Assembly: GCF_963921235.1 (NCBI RefSeq)
Contig: NC_086097.1
Location: 130,636,001-130,700,000 of the forward strand
DNA from: Mobula hypostoma
Taxonomy: Eukaryota
Direction: 5' to 3'
Length of the DNA: 64,000 nt
Both the position numbers and the translations under genes were made by a program. Positions 1 through 12,479 of the stretch are shown piece after piece; position 1 is the first letter of the stretch; every line of letters begins with the position of its first letter. A model generated the notes under the pieces. It did not search any database, had not been told where the DNA came from, and saw only the letters and a program-made list of their open reading frames with translations.

Positions 1-559
1 TCCTCAGCTACTAACCATAAATCAGAAGGATATGGGTCATTCAGGAACCTAAAGTGCCCTTCTACTTTGAGAATGAGTTGGAGGAAAGCATCCCCACATT
101 AAATGAAAATATCTTACCTCATTTCAGCAATGTTGTTTGTCACAATGAATATGCACATATTACAAATGCATTACTTCCCACTAATTCATTTAGCAAATGA
201 TAAACATGAATATCCAAGAAGTTTGAAAGGTGAGTCAACACTGTCAAGGGAGCCAGCTGAGGAAAAGGGTTCAATATTCTTCAATACCTCTGTAAAGTTA
301 CTAGTGCCAGGAAGATTTTGCATCATGATATTGCAAGTATAAATATTGTGAGTCTGTGTCAATTTGCCTTTTAATTCCAATCTGACTATACTTGAGAGAT
401 TGTACTAAAGAAAGTCGCTAAAGCATTATATTCAATATTTTTCTGATTCTTAAGGAATGATTTCTCTTTTTGCTTCAACTACAATGACCGCCTTTCTCTA
501 CTGTTGTTATTACTATTTCAGTATAGTGGATTTATATCCAGCATTTTGTGTAGTTGTTT

Positions 560-870
560 TCAGGGATGTGGGAATTGCTGGACTAATTGTCTTTGAGAAG
601 CTGCTAATGTCTTCTTGAACCACCGCAGCCTGTCTGGTGAAGGTGCCTTCCACACCCCCAGTGCTGTTAGAGAAGAAGAGCGGATGGGTTTCAGGATTTA
701 GACCCGATGATAGATTTCCAAATTAGAACAGTGTTCTACTTGCAAGGGAACAAGCAAGTGAAGGTATTCCCATGCATCTGTTGTCTTGACCTTCTGGTGG
801 GAGGCGATCACGAGTTTCAGAGATGCTGTTGGAGTAGCCTGGATGAGTAACTCTAATGCATATTTAAATC
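560..870 (-). mobile_element. Old LINE (CR1/L2-group) 3' fragment
   Basis: Degenerate match, from recall, to a widespread chondrichthyan LINE 3' end (gggatgtggg..ctaattg..ttgagaag..cttcttgaacc..gtgctgttag); related plus-strand pieces at ~32790-32920 and ~55880-56410. Confidence 0.5.
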
Positions 871-894
871 GGACACCACCCCAACTTCATCGTG

Positions 895-1510
895 AATTGG
901 AACTGGAGTTACTTATTATTGTCATTGAGGGACAGTAAAAAGCTTTGCTACTCCAAGCCCAACCTGCCAACTGGTTGACTCAAGCTTTATACTTGCTTAC
1001 TGTTCATACAGATCAAATCATTGCACAGCACATTGAGGTAGTACAAGGTAAAACAATAACAGAATGCAGAATAAAATGCAACAGCTACAAAGAAAGTGCA
1101 GTGCAAGTAAGCACTAAGCTCTGCACTGGGCTCATATACAGCGGCATGGTAGCATAGTGCAATTGTACTACAGTGCTAGCAATCGCCAATCAGGGTTCGA
1201 TTTCCACTGCTGTCTGTAAGGAGTTTGTATGTTCTCTCCGTAATCACGGGGGGGGGGGGTTCCTCTGGTTGCTCCAGTTTCTTCCCACATTCCAAAGACT
1301 TACAGTTAGGATTGGGGTTAGTTGGAGGCACGCTATGTTGGCGCTGGAAGTGTGGCCAGACTTGTGGGCTGCCCCCAGCACAATCCTTGGACTGCACTGG
1401 GCATTGAGACAAATGATGCATTTCACTGGACTGTACGCTTTAATGTACAAATACAAATAAAGCTATCCTTTAAGATCATGATGAGGTAGATTGCGAGGTT
1501 AAGAGATAAC
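895..1510 (-). mobile_element. Rex1/L2-type LINE 3' tail, interrupted by a V-SINE
   Basis: Tail-type sequence (ttattattgtca..catacagatcaaatcatt..acaataacagaatgcagaataaa) resumes after the SINE at ~1475. Confidence 0.45.
1140..1472 (+). mobile_element. V-SINE (tRNA head + V domain)
   Basis: A-box-like tggtagcatagtg, B-box ggttcgatttcc, V-domain ggagtttgtatgttctc..tcctctggttgctccagtttcttcccacattccaaagac, and an AATAAA-containing tail. Confidence 0.8.
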
Positions 1511-3682
1511 AAATAATAAGAGTACTTATCCTATCTTGTAGTTTGTAAACAGTAAAGAGGCTTTGGCATGTCTTATTCTCTTGTCCTGCACACCCAGCCT
1601 TTTACCTGCTGTTATAGATACAGCTTTTGTGTGGTTTCTTCATTTGAGTTTCTGGTGAATGGTAGTGCCTTTCAATGTCAAGGGTAGATGGCTAGCTTCC
1701 TCTTGTTGGAGAAGTAATTATGCGGTTAAAAAAAATAGCTCCAGACAAAACAGAAAAATTACAAAGGGACTATTTACTTTCAATTGCAACAGTCTGCCCA
1801 TGTTATTTTTAAGGGGAAAAGTTTAAACAGCTTAAGTGATTTTAAAGTGTTTCTTTAAAACAGCTAAATTATACAATTAATCACAAGTGCTAAGTGTTTT
1901 ATCATCAGATTTTCTTTCCTAATATGCATCCCTCAGTGCACTGCAGTTCACTGAGCCTTTCTGGGAGCCTGATTCATCTGATTCACAGTGTACAGCAGAA
2001 ACAGGCCATACTGGGTTCGATGGAGAAACCTTGAGAGTGGCCAAGAAGGACTAGGATGGAGGCCAGAGACCCCAGGAATGAGAACAGGAGTGGGTTTTAC
2101 ATTCCAGCCACTGCTTTTGCAGGGCCTAAACTTCCATAAAAATGCAATTTATGTCAGGTAAGATATTCGTTGTGATTTTTTTTATGAAGTTGATGAAGAT
2201 TAGATCTTAATGATTTATCATTGAAAACCGCATTCATATATTTCATGGTACTCAATATTTTTCTCAGTAAATAATTTCTAATTATTAAATAAAATGCACA
2301 AGGTCCTAGAAACACTCATTAGGTCAGGCAGCATCTATTAAAATAAGAACAAAGTTAACATTTCAGGTTAAAGAGATCCTTCATCAGATGCATTAATTCC
2401 AATTTTCTCTCTCCACAGTCACTGCCTGGGCATTTCCAACATTAATTGATTCTCTGCAACTGCTAAAACCTGCATTTCACAGCTTTCATGCCTTTCACGG
2501 CCTTTGATTGTCTTCTTTTTCTTTAGCTGCCCTTAGTAATCTATAAAGCAGACATCATTATAAACAATGTATCACAATGGCAAACCAAACCTTACCCGAT
2601 CAGAGATATTCACGTGGTCCAACTCATCAAGCTTAAAACTTACTTGTTTTCTTATTTATCTGATTTTGATGATTGGTCCTTTGCATCTCTTTCCACAAAT
2701 GCTAACTGACTTGCAGTGTTTCAAATATTTACTCCTTTTATTTCAGATTTTTTGCATCTGCAGTTTTTTTTTCATTATCGGGCATTAATTTTTACAGTAT
2801 CATACAATATAGGGAAAAATATTAATATTCAGGAAAATGGAATGGGAATTAGATTATAGGAGAGGGTTAAAATTTAACTGACAATCAAATTTCTTGAGGT
2901 CAGCTTTCATCTTTAATAAATGTGATCTGCATAATTGGTATTTAGTGAATATGATTTTATAAAAAGCAACAACAAATCTGCCAGAAGTTCTCAGCGGATT
3001 GAGCAGTAACTGTTGGGGAAAAGGAATTCTCATTGTTTCAGGTCGTGATACAGGGAAACACATCGACAATTTCATCTCCCTCCCCCCACCCCCAGATGAT
3101 ACGCAACCAAATGAGTTCCTCGAGCAGATTGTTCATTTGCTTCAAATTCTGCCATGTACAGTCTGTCATTTCTCACCTTCAAGAAGGAATAGTTTACAAA
3201 TCAACATTAGTTTTGATAATCTCTTAAACAGCTTGTGGACATAAACTTTAACAGCTTCTCTGGCTTCTCTTGTTCCTCATTATATTCAGTTCTCTGGTTG
3301 TTCTATTTTCCATTCACTACAAGGGAAATTGGTCATGTACTTTGTAGGGTGCCTGCACCTATTCAATTTAATATAAATGATGCAGACAAGCGATCTTCTT
3401 GGAACTTTACACTGTTTCCTTGCAGTAAGTCTGTTATCTGTTTATGCAATCTATTGGAAAAGATGGGCTATCTCATCAAGATATGAGCTTTTGGCCTTTG
3501 GTTCTCATCTTAAACCTCAATATTTGGTATTTAGAAGTTGTGAAAGCAGTGCAAGTATTAAAAACTGAATTATTTAATTAAAAATTAAGAGGCACTCTTT
3601 ATTTAAACACTCAAGGCAAACCTGAGATCTATCAATACTATTCCTGGTTTACTTTTAAAACGCCAATCATTTTGTCTGCTTA

Positions 3683-4688
3683 GACCGTAAGACCATAAGA
3701 TATAGCAGCAGAATTATGTTACTCAACCTATCAAGTCTGCTCCACCATTTGATCATGGCTGATGTACACATTTTCCATCTCAACCCCATTCTCTTGCTTT
3801 TTCCCAATAACCTTTGATACCCTTACTAATCAAGAACCTACCAACCTCTGCTTCAAATATACCCAATGACTTGGCCTTCACTTTGGTCTGTGGCAATAAA
3901 TTCCACAGATTCACCATCTACTGGCTGAAGAAATTCCCCTTCCTGTTCTAAAGGGAAATCTTCTACTCTGAGGTCAGCTGGTGGCGCAGTGACATCAGTG
4001 CTGGACTCCGGAATGGAGGTTCCCGGGTTCGAATCCAGTCCGGCCATTCCCGAGTTACGCTTTCCATCCGTGCCGGGTTGAGTGTTGAGCTCGCAACTCG
4101 AGATGTCTGTGTGAGCGCCACACAGTCTCTCGTTCCGCGCCTTGTAAGGCCTGAAAATGCCCGACGCTGGCCTCTCAGGCCTGAGTCAACGTCATCATCA
4201 TCATCATCTATTCTGAGGCTGTGCCCTCTGGTCCTAGACTTTCTCACTATTGGAAACATCCACTCTATCTGCAGTTTGTTTCAATGAGATCCCCATCATT
4301 CTCCTAAACTCCAGCAAGTACAGGCTCAGAGCCATCAAACGCTCCTCATATGTTAACCCTTTCATTCCAGGGATCATTCCCATAAACCTCCTCTGTACTC
4401 TTTCCAATACCTACACACCCTTTCATAGATATGGGGCCCTAAACTTCTCACAATACTCCAAATGTGGTCTGACTAATGTCTCAACATTACATCCTTGCTT
4501 TTATATTCTAGTCCTCCAGAAATGAATGCTAACATTACATTTATCTTCCCTATATCCTAAGCAACCTGCAAGTTAACCTTCAGAAAATCCTGTAGTAGGA
4601 CTCCTAGGTCCCTCTACACATCCAATTTCTGAGTTTGCTTCCCATTTTGAAAATAATCTACAACTTATTCCTTCTACCAAGTTGCTTC
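3683..4688 (-). mobile_element. CR1 LINE 3' fragment (RT C-terminus + 3' UTR), interrupted by a SINE
   Basis: CR1 3' microsatellite end (gaccataaga); translation MFPIVRKSRTRGHSLRI; same family as 60400-60940. Confidence 0.85.
3974..4206 (+). mobile_element. Young tRNA-derived SINE with (TCA)n tail
   Basis: A box TGGCGCAGTGAC 3982-3993, B box GGTTCGAATCC 4026-4036, (TCA)n tail, 12-bp TSD tctactctgagg/tctattctgagg (3962-3973, 4207-4218), CpGs retained. Confidence 0.9.
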
Positions 4689-4699
4689 ATATTACATAT

Positions 4700-4870
4700 A
4701 GAGTTTGGTGGTGTTCAACAGATAGTACTATTGCCTGCAAGTCAATAGATTGTAGGTTCAAATCCCAAACCAAACTTGAGTACAAAAATGTAAGCTGATG
4801 CTGAAAGACTGCTGCTTTGTAAAGGGTGCAACCATTTAGATGATAATCAAACCAAGTTCTTATCTGTACA
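4700..4870 (+). mobile_element. Deu-domain SINE, 5' half (3' half at ~8368-8620)
   Basis: B-box-like ggttcaaatccc followed by ttgagtacaaaaatgtaagctga..tttagatga..aaaccaag, a degenerate DeuSINE core. Confidence 0.55.
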
Positions 4871-5728
4871 GAGAGAGAATAATGTAAAAGACCACCTGAA
4901 AGGATGAAATGTATGTGTGTGTATGTGTACTTAGGGAGGCAGTGACAGGGTTCTCTCTCATAAATCAAAGAAAAGTTTGTCTTGGTTGTTGGTGCTAAAC
5001 ATATGTGCAATGCCCTGATGAAGCATCTCAGGCCAAAACACTGATTGCTTATTCGTTCTTCTCCATAGATGCTGCCTGGGTTGCTGAGCTCCTCCAGCAT
5101 TGTGTTGGCTTTGCTCTGGATTTCCAGCCTCTGCAGAATCTCATGTTTACTATCATCACTTATCAGACACTCTACACAGAATCCATTGTTAAAGTCAATA
5201 AACACAGCCAGACAGGTGGGTAAGGTGGTTAAAAAAGGCACATGGAATGCTTTATTTTATTAGCAGAGATATAGAATACAAGAGAGGTTGTGCTAGATCT
5301 ATATACAACACTGGCCAGGCCATACCTTGAGTACCGCCTGCAGTTCTGGTCATTACATTACAGAAGCATGAGATTGCACTGAGAGGGTGCAAAGATGGTT
5401 GATGTAAATATTACCAGGACTACAAAATTCATGCTGACAGAAAATTGGATAAAGTAGAGCAGTCTTTTTTGGAATAATGGAGACTGATGGGAGATTTATT
5501 TAAGGTATAACAATTACATAGGGAAGGATCTGATTCACTGTTTTTTTTGTGTTTTTATATTATTATTTGCTTTTTTTGTATTTACAGTTTGTCTTCTTTT
5601 GCATATTGGCTTTTAGTCTGTCTTTTTGTACAGTTTTTTTTTATTAATATTAATTCTATTGTATTTCTTTGTTCTACTGTGAAGGCCAGCAAAAAATGAA
5701 TCTCAGGTGACACCTATGGTGACATATA

Positions 5729-7682
5729 CCCTCAATTGCTACTTTATTGGGTACACCTACTTGTTAATGCAAATATCTAAATCAGACAATCATGTGGCAG
5801 CAAATCAAAGCATAAAAGCATGCATACACGATCAAGAGGTCCAGTTGTTTTTCAGATCAAACATCAGAATAGGGGAAAAAGGTGTTCGAAGTGACTTTGA
5901 CTGTGGAATGATTGTTGGTACCAGACAGGGTGGTTTGAGTACCTCAGAAACTGCCTATCTCCTGGAGTTTTCACACACAACAGTCTCCAGCGTTTAAAGA
6001 GAATGGGGCAAAAAAACAAAATACATCCAGTGAGTGGTAGTTCTGTGGGTGAAAACGCTTGTTAATGAGAGAGATCAAAGGAGAATGGCCAGACTGGTTT
6101 AAACTGACAGAAAGGTGACAGTAACTCAAATAACCACTTAAGTGACACCAGTGTGCAGCATGCCTGAATGCACAATACATCAAACCTTGAAGTGGATGGA
6201 CTACAGCAGCAGAAGACACAAACATACACTCAGTATCACAAAAAAAAGAAAATTTGTAGATATTGGAAATCCAAAGCAACACACACAAAATGCTGGAGGA
6301 ATTCAGTAGGCAGCATCTATGGAAAGGAGAAAATCTGAGGACAGGGTGGAAGTTGGAGGCAAAGTTGATGAAGGCAACAATGTAGTGGAGGAAAAGTTGG
6401 GGAAAAATACCGGTGTAGGCTTGGAACATGGACTGTTCCATGTAGCCGAGAAAAAGACAGGGCAAGCTGGAACCCATGCAAGTGGCCATGGCTACACCTT
6501 CGATTTGAAGGAAGTGGGAAGAGCCGAAGAAGAAATTATTCAGGGTGAGGATCGGTTCCACCAGACAGCAGAGAGTGGTGGTGGAGGGGAACTGGTTGAA
6601 TCTGTTGTTCAGAAAGAAGTAAAGAGCTTCAAGACCCTCCTGATGTATAGAGACTGGACATCCAAAGTAAAAATGAGACAATAAGGGCCGGGGAACTTAA
6701 GGTCATTGAAAAAGATCAAGAGCGTGTGAAGTGTCACGGATGCAGGTAGGAAGGGATTGAACTGGGGGGATAATAGAGTCAAGGTAAGCAGATACAAGTT
6801 TGGTGGGGCATGAACAAGCAGAAACAATGGGTCTACCTAGACAGGCAGATTTGTGGATCTTGTAGGAGCTAGAAATGGGAGGTACAGGGTAAGGGAGCTA
6901 TGAGTTTGGCGACAGTGGATGGGAGATCCTCGGAGTTGATAAGGTCAGTGATGGTATGGGAGACAATGGCCTGGTGCTCTTTAGTGGGGTCCTGTTCGAG
7001 GGTTAAGAGGAGATATCTGAGATTTGTCGCCTGGCCTCAGCAATGTAGAGGTCAGTCCACTAGACTTCTACTGCGGGTTTGATGGTGAGATCAGGATTAG
7101 TGTGGAGAGTGGACAGCAACGCGTTTGGAAGGAATGTGGTTAGAATTGGAGAGAGGAGCACTAAAGTCAAAATGATTGATGTCTCGTCGGCAGTTAGCAA
7201 TAAACAGTTCCAGAGCAGGTAGAAGACTAGAGTGGAGTGTCCAAGAAGAGGAGGAGAGTTGAAGGCAGGAGAAGGGGTCGCCGATGTGGGCTGGAGAGTC
7301 CTTGTCAAAGAAGTACAGTAGGTATGGAGACAGAGGCCTCAGAAGAAGAGCTCGCAGACATGCAATACTGAGGTACGAGGACAGAGGACAAAGGCAAGGT
7401 CCTTACTGAGGACAGAGGGAATTGTGAAGATCTGGCACAGATAAGAGCTGGGATGAGAGGGTGGAAGAGGGTTAGTAGTGTCTGAGGAGAGGGTGGGGTT
7501 GGGGCGTTCAAGAAAGGTGGGGTGGGAGCAAGATGGAGGCGCTGATGAACCAAGAGCTGATGGTGGGACCTAAGAGACATGGGATTGCAGAGTGGTGGTG
7601 AGAGAAGAGGAGATTTGCAGAGTGGTGCATGCACTCGGAGACTATTAGGTACAGGAGGTATCTATTAAGTGGCCATCGAGTA
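5729..7682 (+). mobile_element. Tc1/mariner non-autonomous DNA transposon (transposase N-terminus only), interrupted by a Penelope-like element
   Basis: ORF 5707-5997 encodes a Tc1 paired-like HTH (SDFDCGMIVGTRQGGLSTSETAYLLEFSHTTVS). Left TIR ccctcaattgctactttattgggtacacc follows TA; right TIR is ggtatctattaagtggccatcgagta. Confidence 0.8.
6236..7631 (-). mobile_element. Penelope-like retroelement, internally deleted
   Basis: RT motifs LTLNNFFFGSSHFLQIEGVAMATCMGSS and NPDLTIKPA; terminal repeat at 6236-6330; homologous to 50022-53000. Confidence 0.85.
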
Positions 7683-8367
7683 CGCATACCATAATAATAA
7701 ATTTACTTTGAACTTTGAAATAGAGGGGGTGAGATTGTTTTCAGGTAAGATAAGACTTTATTTATCCCAAAGGGAATTATTGTTGCAAGGTTTCCCAGTC
7801 AGAAATCTATAAAATACAAAATGTAATCATTGAGGTATGAAAAAAGATACAAAATGTGCATGAAAAATAGTGCAAAATACCGATGTGTAATGAAATCATT
7901 ATACTAAGGAGGAGGAGTTGTAGAGTCCTACAGCCACAGGGAGAAAGGATCTCTTGTAGCGTTCAATGGTGTACCTCGGAGGAATCAGTCTGTACTAAAG
8001 GTGCCCCACTGTTTGTCCAGTATGTCATGGAGTGGGGTGAGAGGGATTGTGTATAATGCGCTGTAGCTTCTACAGCATCCTCCTCTCAGAAACAACCACC
8101 AAGGAATCCAATGTAATTGAGGACTAAATTATAGGGAGACTAAGGGAACGTGTTTTCTTCCAGAGGATGGTTGGGTGTCTGGATCCCTCTACCTGAAAGA
8201 ATGTGGAGGCAGAAACCCTCACCACATTACAGAAGTGTCAGATTGTACATCTCTGACTTACAGGGTTCTTAACCTAGTGCTAGAAGATGGGATTAGGTTG
8301 AGCAATTCTCTTGTAACTGGCAGAGACATGATGGTTTTATGTATTATGTATTAACTTTTCAAGGATT

Positions 8368-8620
8368 CCATGAAACCACTTGAAGTGATTACAAGTGACA
8401 GCCATTTCTTGTCCATGAGGAGAACATTGGTAACCACTGACAGATCTCTCTGTGTCACTATATTTTTTAAATCACAGTGTGATCTGCTGGACTTTGCACA
8501 AGGCAGCTACTACATTGCCATTACAACAATGACTATACTTCAGGAGTATCCCATAGGTCGTAAGGCAGTTGGAGATGTCCTGAGGTCATGAAAAGAACAA
8601 TAGAAAGTGCTAGTTTTATT
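8368..8620 (+). mobile_element. Deu-domain SINE, 3' half
   Basis: cattacaacaatgactatacttcaggagta..gatgtcctgaggtcatgaaaag matches the DeuSINE 3' region as recalled. Confidence 0.65.
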
Positions 8621-9344
8621 TTGTTGGTCAAGTAAGGCAAGGTAAAGCTGAGTTTTCCATTATATTTTAACAATAATGGTTAAAAGTAGCTGCTATGTTG
8701 AAGCAGAGAATATAACTGAAATATGTAGTTGATAATTTATTCAGTTATTAGTTTCACGTTTATTTATAAGATATTTTTTCTTAGAAATTGATGGAGTCTA
8801 AAAAAGGCAGTTCAATTAAAAGCTGATAATTAGCAACAATGTCCAACATTGACTGTAAGGCTCCTGTTTTTCAAAAAAATATTTCAATCATGTTTTTTAA
8901 AATTTAACCTTCCAAGGTAAAGTAATTCAGCAGTGTAAAAATAAAATTTGCAATATGCAACAATGATTAGGCTAATATTAGATTCTCTCTAAATCTTGTG
9001 ATACTTGCATGCGTATGGATTTTAACTGTACTTTTTGGCCTACGGTTTATTTCAATTTTATTTTTCAAAATATAGTAACCTAATCATAGAACATAGAAGA
9101 GAGCATCCAACCCATCATGTGAGGATCTGAAAAGAATAAAATAGGTATTCTGTAAACTGGTGCTTGATGGGCGATAGCTCCTGCTTCTGAACTGCACGAC
9201 TCTATGACCATATTGACTCTTGACCTCACAGTCTATCTCATCATGGCCTTGCACATAACTGTCTGCCTGCACAGCACTTTCTCTGTAACTATAACACTAT
9301 ATTCTATGTTCTGTTATTGTTTTTCCTATAGCACTGTCAGAACA

Positions 9345-11695
9345 TTAAACATAGAACAGTACAGGTCCTTCAGCCAATGATATTGTACTGACCTTTGAAC
9401 CTACTGCAAGATCAATCTAATGCTTCCAGCCTGCATTACCCTCCATTTTTCTTTCATCCATGCACCTATCTAAGAATCTAAATGCCTCTAACATATCTTC
9501 CTTTACCACCATGCCTGGCAGCACATTCCACACAATCACCACTCTCTGTGTAAAAAAACTACCTCTGACATCCCACCCACCATACTTTCCTTCAATCACC
9601 TTAACATTACACCCTCTCATCTTAGCCATTTCTGCCCTGGGAAAAAGATGCTGGCTCTCCATTCTATAAATTTACCTTGCATCCTCCTTCGTTCCAAAGA
9701 GAAAGCCCTAGCTCACTTAATCTATCCTCATAAGACATGCTGCTCTAATCCAGGTAGCTTCCTGGTAAAGTTTCTCGGCACCCTTGCCAAAACTTGAGCA
9801 TTCTTCCTATAATAAGGCAACCAGAATGAAACACAATACTCGAAGTGTGGTCATACCAAAATTTTATAGAGTTGCAGCGCTACCTCACAGCTTTTGAACT
9901 CTGACTAATGAAGGCCAACACACCGTATGCCTTCTTAACCACCCCATTAACTTGAGCTGCAACTTTGAGGGATCGACTGATGTGAACCCCAACCTCAATA
10001 GCTGCCTCACTGCTAAGAATTCTGCTATTAAACCTGTCTTCAAGTTTGACACTCCAAAATGTATTACTTCACATTTTTCACACTGAACACCATCTGCCAC
10101 TTCTTAGCCCTGCTCTGCATCTTATTAATGTCTCATTGTAACCGACGACAACCTTCTACACTATCCACAACACTATTAACTTTTGTGTTAATAACCTACC
10201 CTTCCACTTCCTTCATCCAGGTCACTTATGAAAAAAATCATAAAGAGCAAGGATCCCAGAACAGTACAGATCCCTGCAAGAACACCGCTGGTCACCAACC
10301 TCCAGACAGAATATTCTCTATCTATTACCACCCTCTGTGGGCAAGCCAGTTCTGAACCCGTGCAGCCAAATTTCCATGGATCCCATTCCTCCTGATTTTC
10401 TAAAAGAGCCTACCTTGGGGAACCTTGTTGAATGCCTTACTAAAATCTATATACACCACATCCACTGCTCCACTTCCAATAATTTGTTTCATCACTTCCT
10501 TGATGAATTCAATCAGGCTCATGAGACATGACCTGCTCCTCACAAAGCCATGCTGACTATCCTTTATCAGACTATGCTGCTCCAAATGCCTGTAAATCCT
10601 GTCTCTAAGAATCCGCCCCAAGGGTTTGTTCTCCACTGATGTAAGATTTAATGGTCTATAATTCTCAGGATTATCCGTATTAATTTTCTTGAACAAACAA
10701 ATAAGCTTTCCCATCCTCCAATCTTCAAAAACTACTCCTGTGGCCAGTGAGAACATGAAGACCATCACCAATGGCACAGAAACCTCCACACATCTATGCG
10801 CATTTCCCTGAGTTTGTCCGTTCCCAATTGATGCTCCCAAGTTCCCACCTAATTGTATCATAATTCTCCCTACACAATTAGTTACTTTCCCTTATTGTCT
10901 GCTCCAGCCCTGTCCAAGCTATGTTAAAAATCAGCTAGTTGTGGTCGCCATCTCTGAAATGCTCACCCATTAAGAGACCTGTCACCTTGGCCTGTCTACA
11001 TATTGTGTCAGGAATCATTCTTACACACCTAATAAATTCAACCCCAACTAAACCTTTTTCACTGAGGATGTGCCAATCAATATTAGGGAAGTTGAAGTCA
11101 CCAATGACAACAACCCTGCTATTTTCGTATCTTTCCAAAATCTGCCTCCCGATCTGCATTTCAAGTCTCTGTTGCTATTGTGATTTCTATAGAAAACTTC
11201 CAGTAGAGTGATTGCTCCCTTCCTGTTTCTGATCTCCACCCACACGAACTCAGCAGACAATCCCTCCAGGATGTCCTCCCTTTCTGCACCTGTGATACTA
11301 TCCCTGATTCGCAAGTTACTCACCCACCTCTTTTACCTCCCTCCCTGTCCATTTTGAAACATCTAACCCTGGAACATCCAGCAGCCATTCCTTCCTTGGT
11401 TACATCCAAGTACTTGTAATGGCCACAACATTGTAGATCCGACCCATCTCCCTTGTTCCTGATACTTCTTGCATTAACACAGATAAATTTCAATATGTCC
11501 AACTGACTGCTGTTCTGCTCTTTCCACTGCCTGTCCTTCCTCACAGTCTCTCTACATGCTGCATCTACCATTACACCATACCATCTGCTCCTATCCTTGT
11601 CCAAGACTATACTAAAGGTCAGGGAGTTGTAGTCACAGACTCCAAAATGCTTGTGCACTGAGAAATCTGAAACCTGATCAGATTCATTGCCTAGC
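9345..11695 (-). mobile_element. CR1 LINE mosaic (endonuclease, RT, 3' end), degraded
   Basis: VNARSIRNK, VVIGDFNFPNIDW (APE endonuclease); NYRPLNLTSV, SQHGFVRSRSCL, DVVYIDFSKAFNKVP (RT); FFTQRVVIVWNVLP. Segments are out of order, so at least two copies contribute. Confidence 0.85.
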
Positions 11696-11699
11696 AGGT

Positions 11700-11991
11700 A
11701 TCTCCTAGTCTCCACCCAGCTAACAGGAGTCACCTGCTGCTTGTTTCTAACTCATCACCTGCAGTCTATTTAAACCCAGCTCTCTTCCACAGTCCTTGTT
11801 CACTCATTCAAACCAACCAGCCTCAACTAGTTGCTCTTAGCCTTCAGGTACTTTGTTGTGTTAAGTATTTATTCTCTTGTTTTGTGACCCCTTGTGGCTT
11901 GTTATTATGCAGTTTATTATTAAAGTTATTGCTCACTGTCAATAGTCTCTTCTGCTCTGCTTTTTGTCTTGCTTCCTCTACATTTCCTATC
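11700..11991 (+). mobile_element. Probable solo-LTR fragment (Gypsy-type)
   Basis: Two CACCTG motifs, TATTTAAA, ATTAAA poly(A)-like signal, T-rich U5 ending in CA; interrupts CR1 sequence. Confidence 0.45.
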
Positions 11992-12479
11992 AATTCTGGA
12001 TTCACTATGCCCTCTCTTCTAGTTGGCCTGTTGTGTCAGGAATCCTTCTTGGACACACCCAACAAATTCTGCCCCATCTGAACCTTTTGTCATGATGAAA
12101 TCATTTGTATGGATGGAATGCAAAATAAAGTTTTTCACTGTACCTCACTACATGTGACAGGAATAAACCAATTTACTAGTTTAACTAGCCCCACTTCTGT
12201 AGTCTTGGAAGTTGCAATATTCCAAGTCACTATAATGAATGTTTCTGCTTGGACCATCCCTTAGGCAGTAAACCATTCTTCTGGCCATAACCTGGCCTTC
12301 TAACAATGCAAGAGTCAAAAGACTCTTGCCCTCTGATCTTCATTCACTTGCTCTTGGGAATAATCTCATTTCATCTCATTCTCTTCCTAATAATTGAAAC
12401 AAAAGCAGCCATTGAAGGCAAAACTGAAGACAATTTTGAGATTCAGGAGTTGGAATGAAAGGAGAGTTTGTTCTGGATT

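Larger units (their letters stand above)
5160..8345 (+). mobile_element. Old CR1 3' fragment hosting nested Rex1 tail, Tc1 and Penelope insertions
   Basis: CR1 RT C-terminal sequence at 5160-5535 (QVGKVVKK..ggccaggccataccttgagtac) resumes at ~8115-8345. Confidence 0.65.

Noticed and set aside
111..200. Minus-strand GAG|GTAAGA donor as a possible second exon
   Set aside because: All three frames hit stop codons within ~55 nt upstream and there is no acceptor in between.
2590..2640. Minus-strand exon-like stretch KLDELDHVNISDR followed by GTAAGG
   Set aside because: No plausible acceptor; the upstream sequence is a decayed Penelope-type terminal repeat.
3974..4045. tRNA gene
   Set aside because: The A/B boxes belong to a SINE with body, tail and TSD; no convincing cloverleaf.
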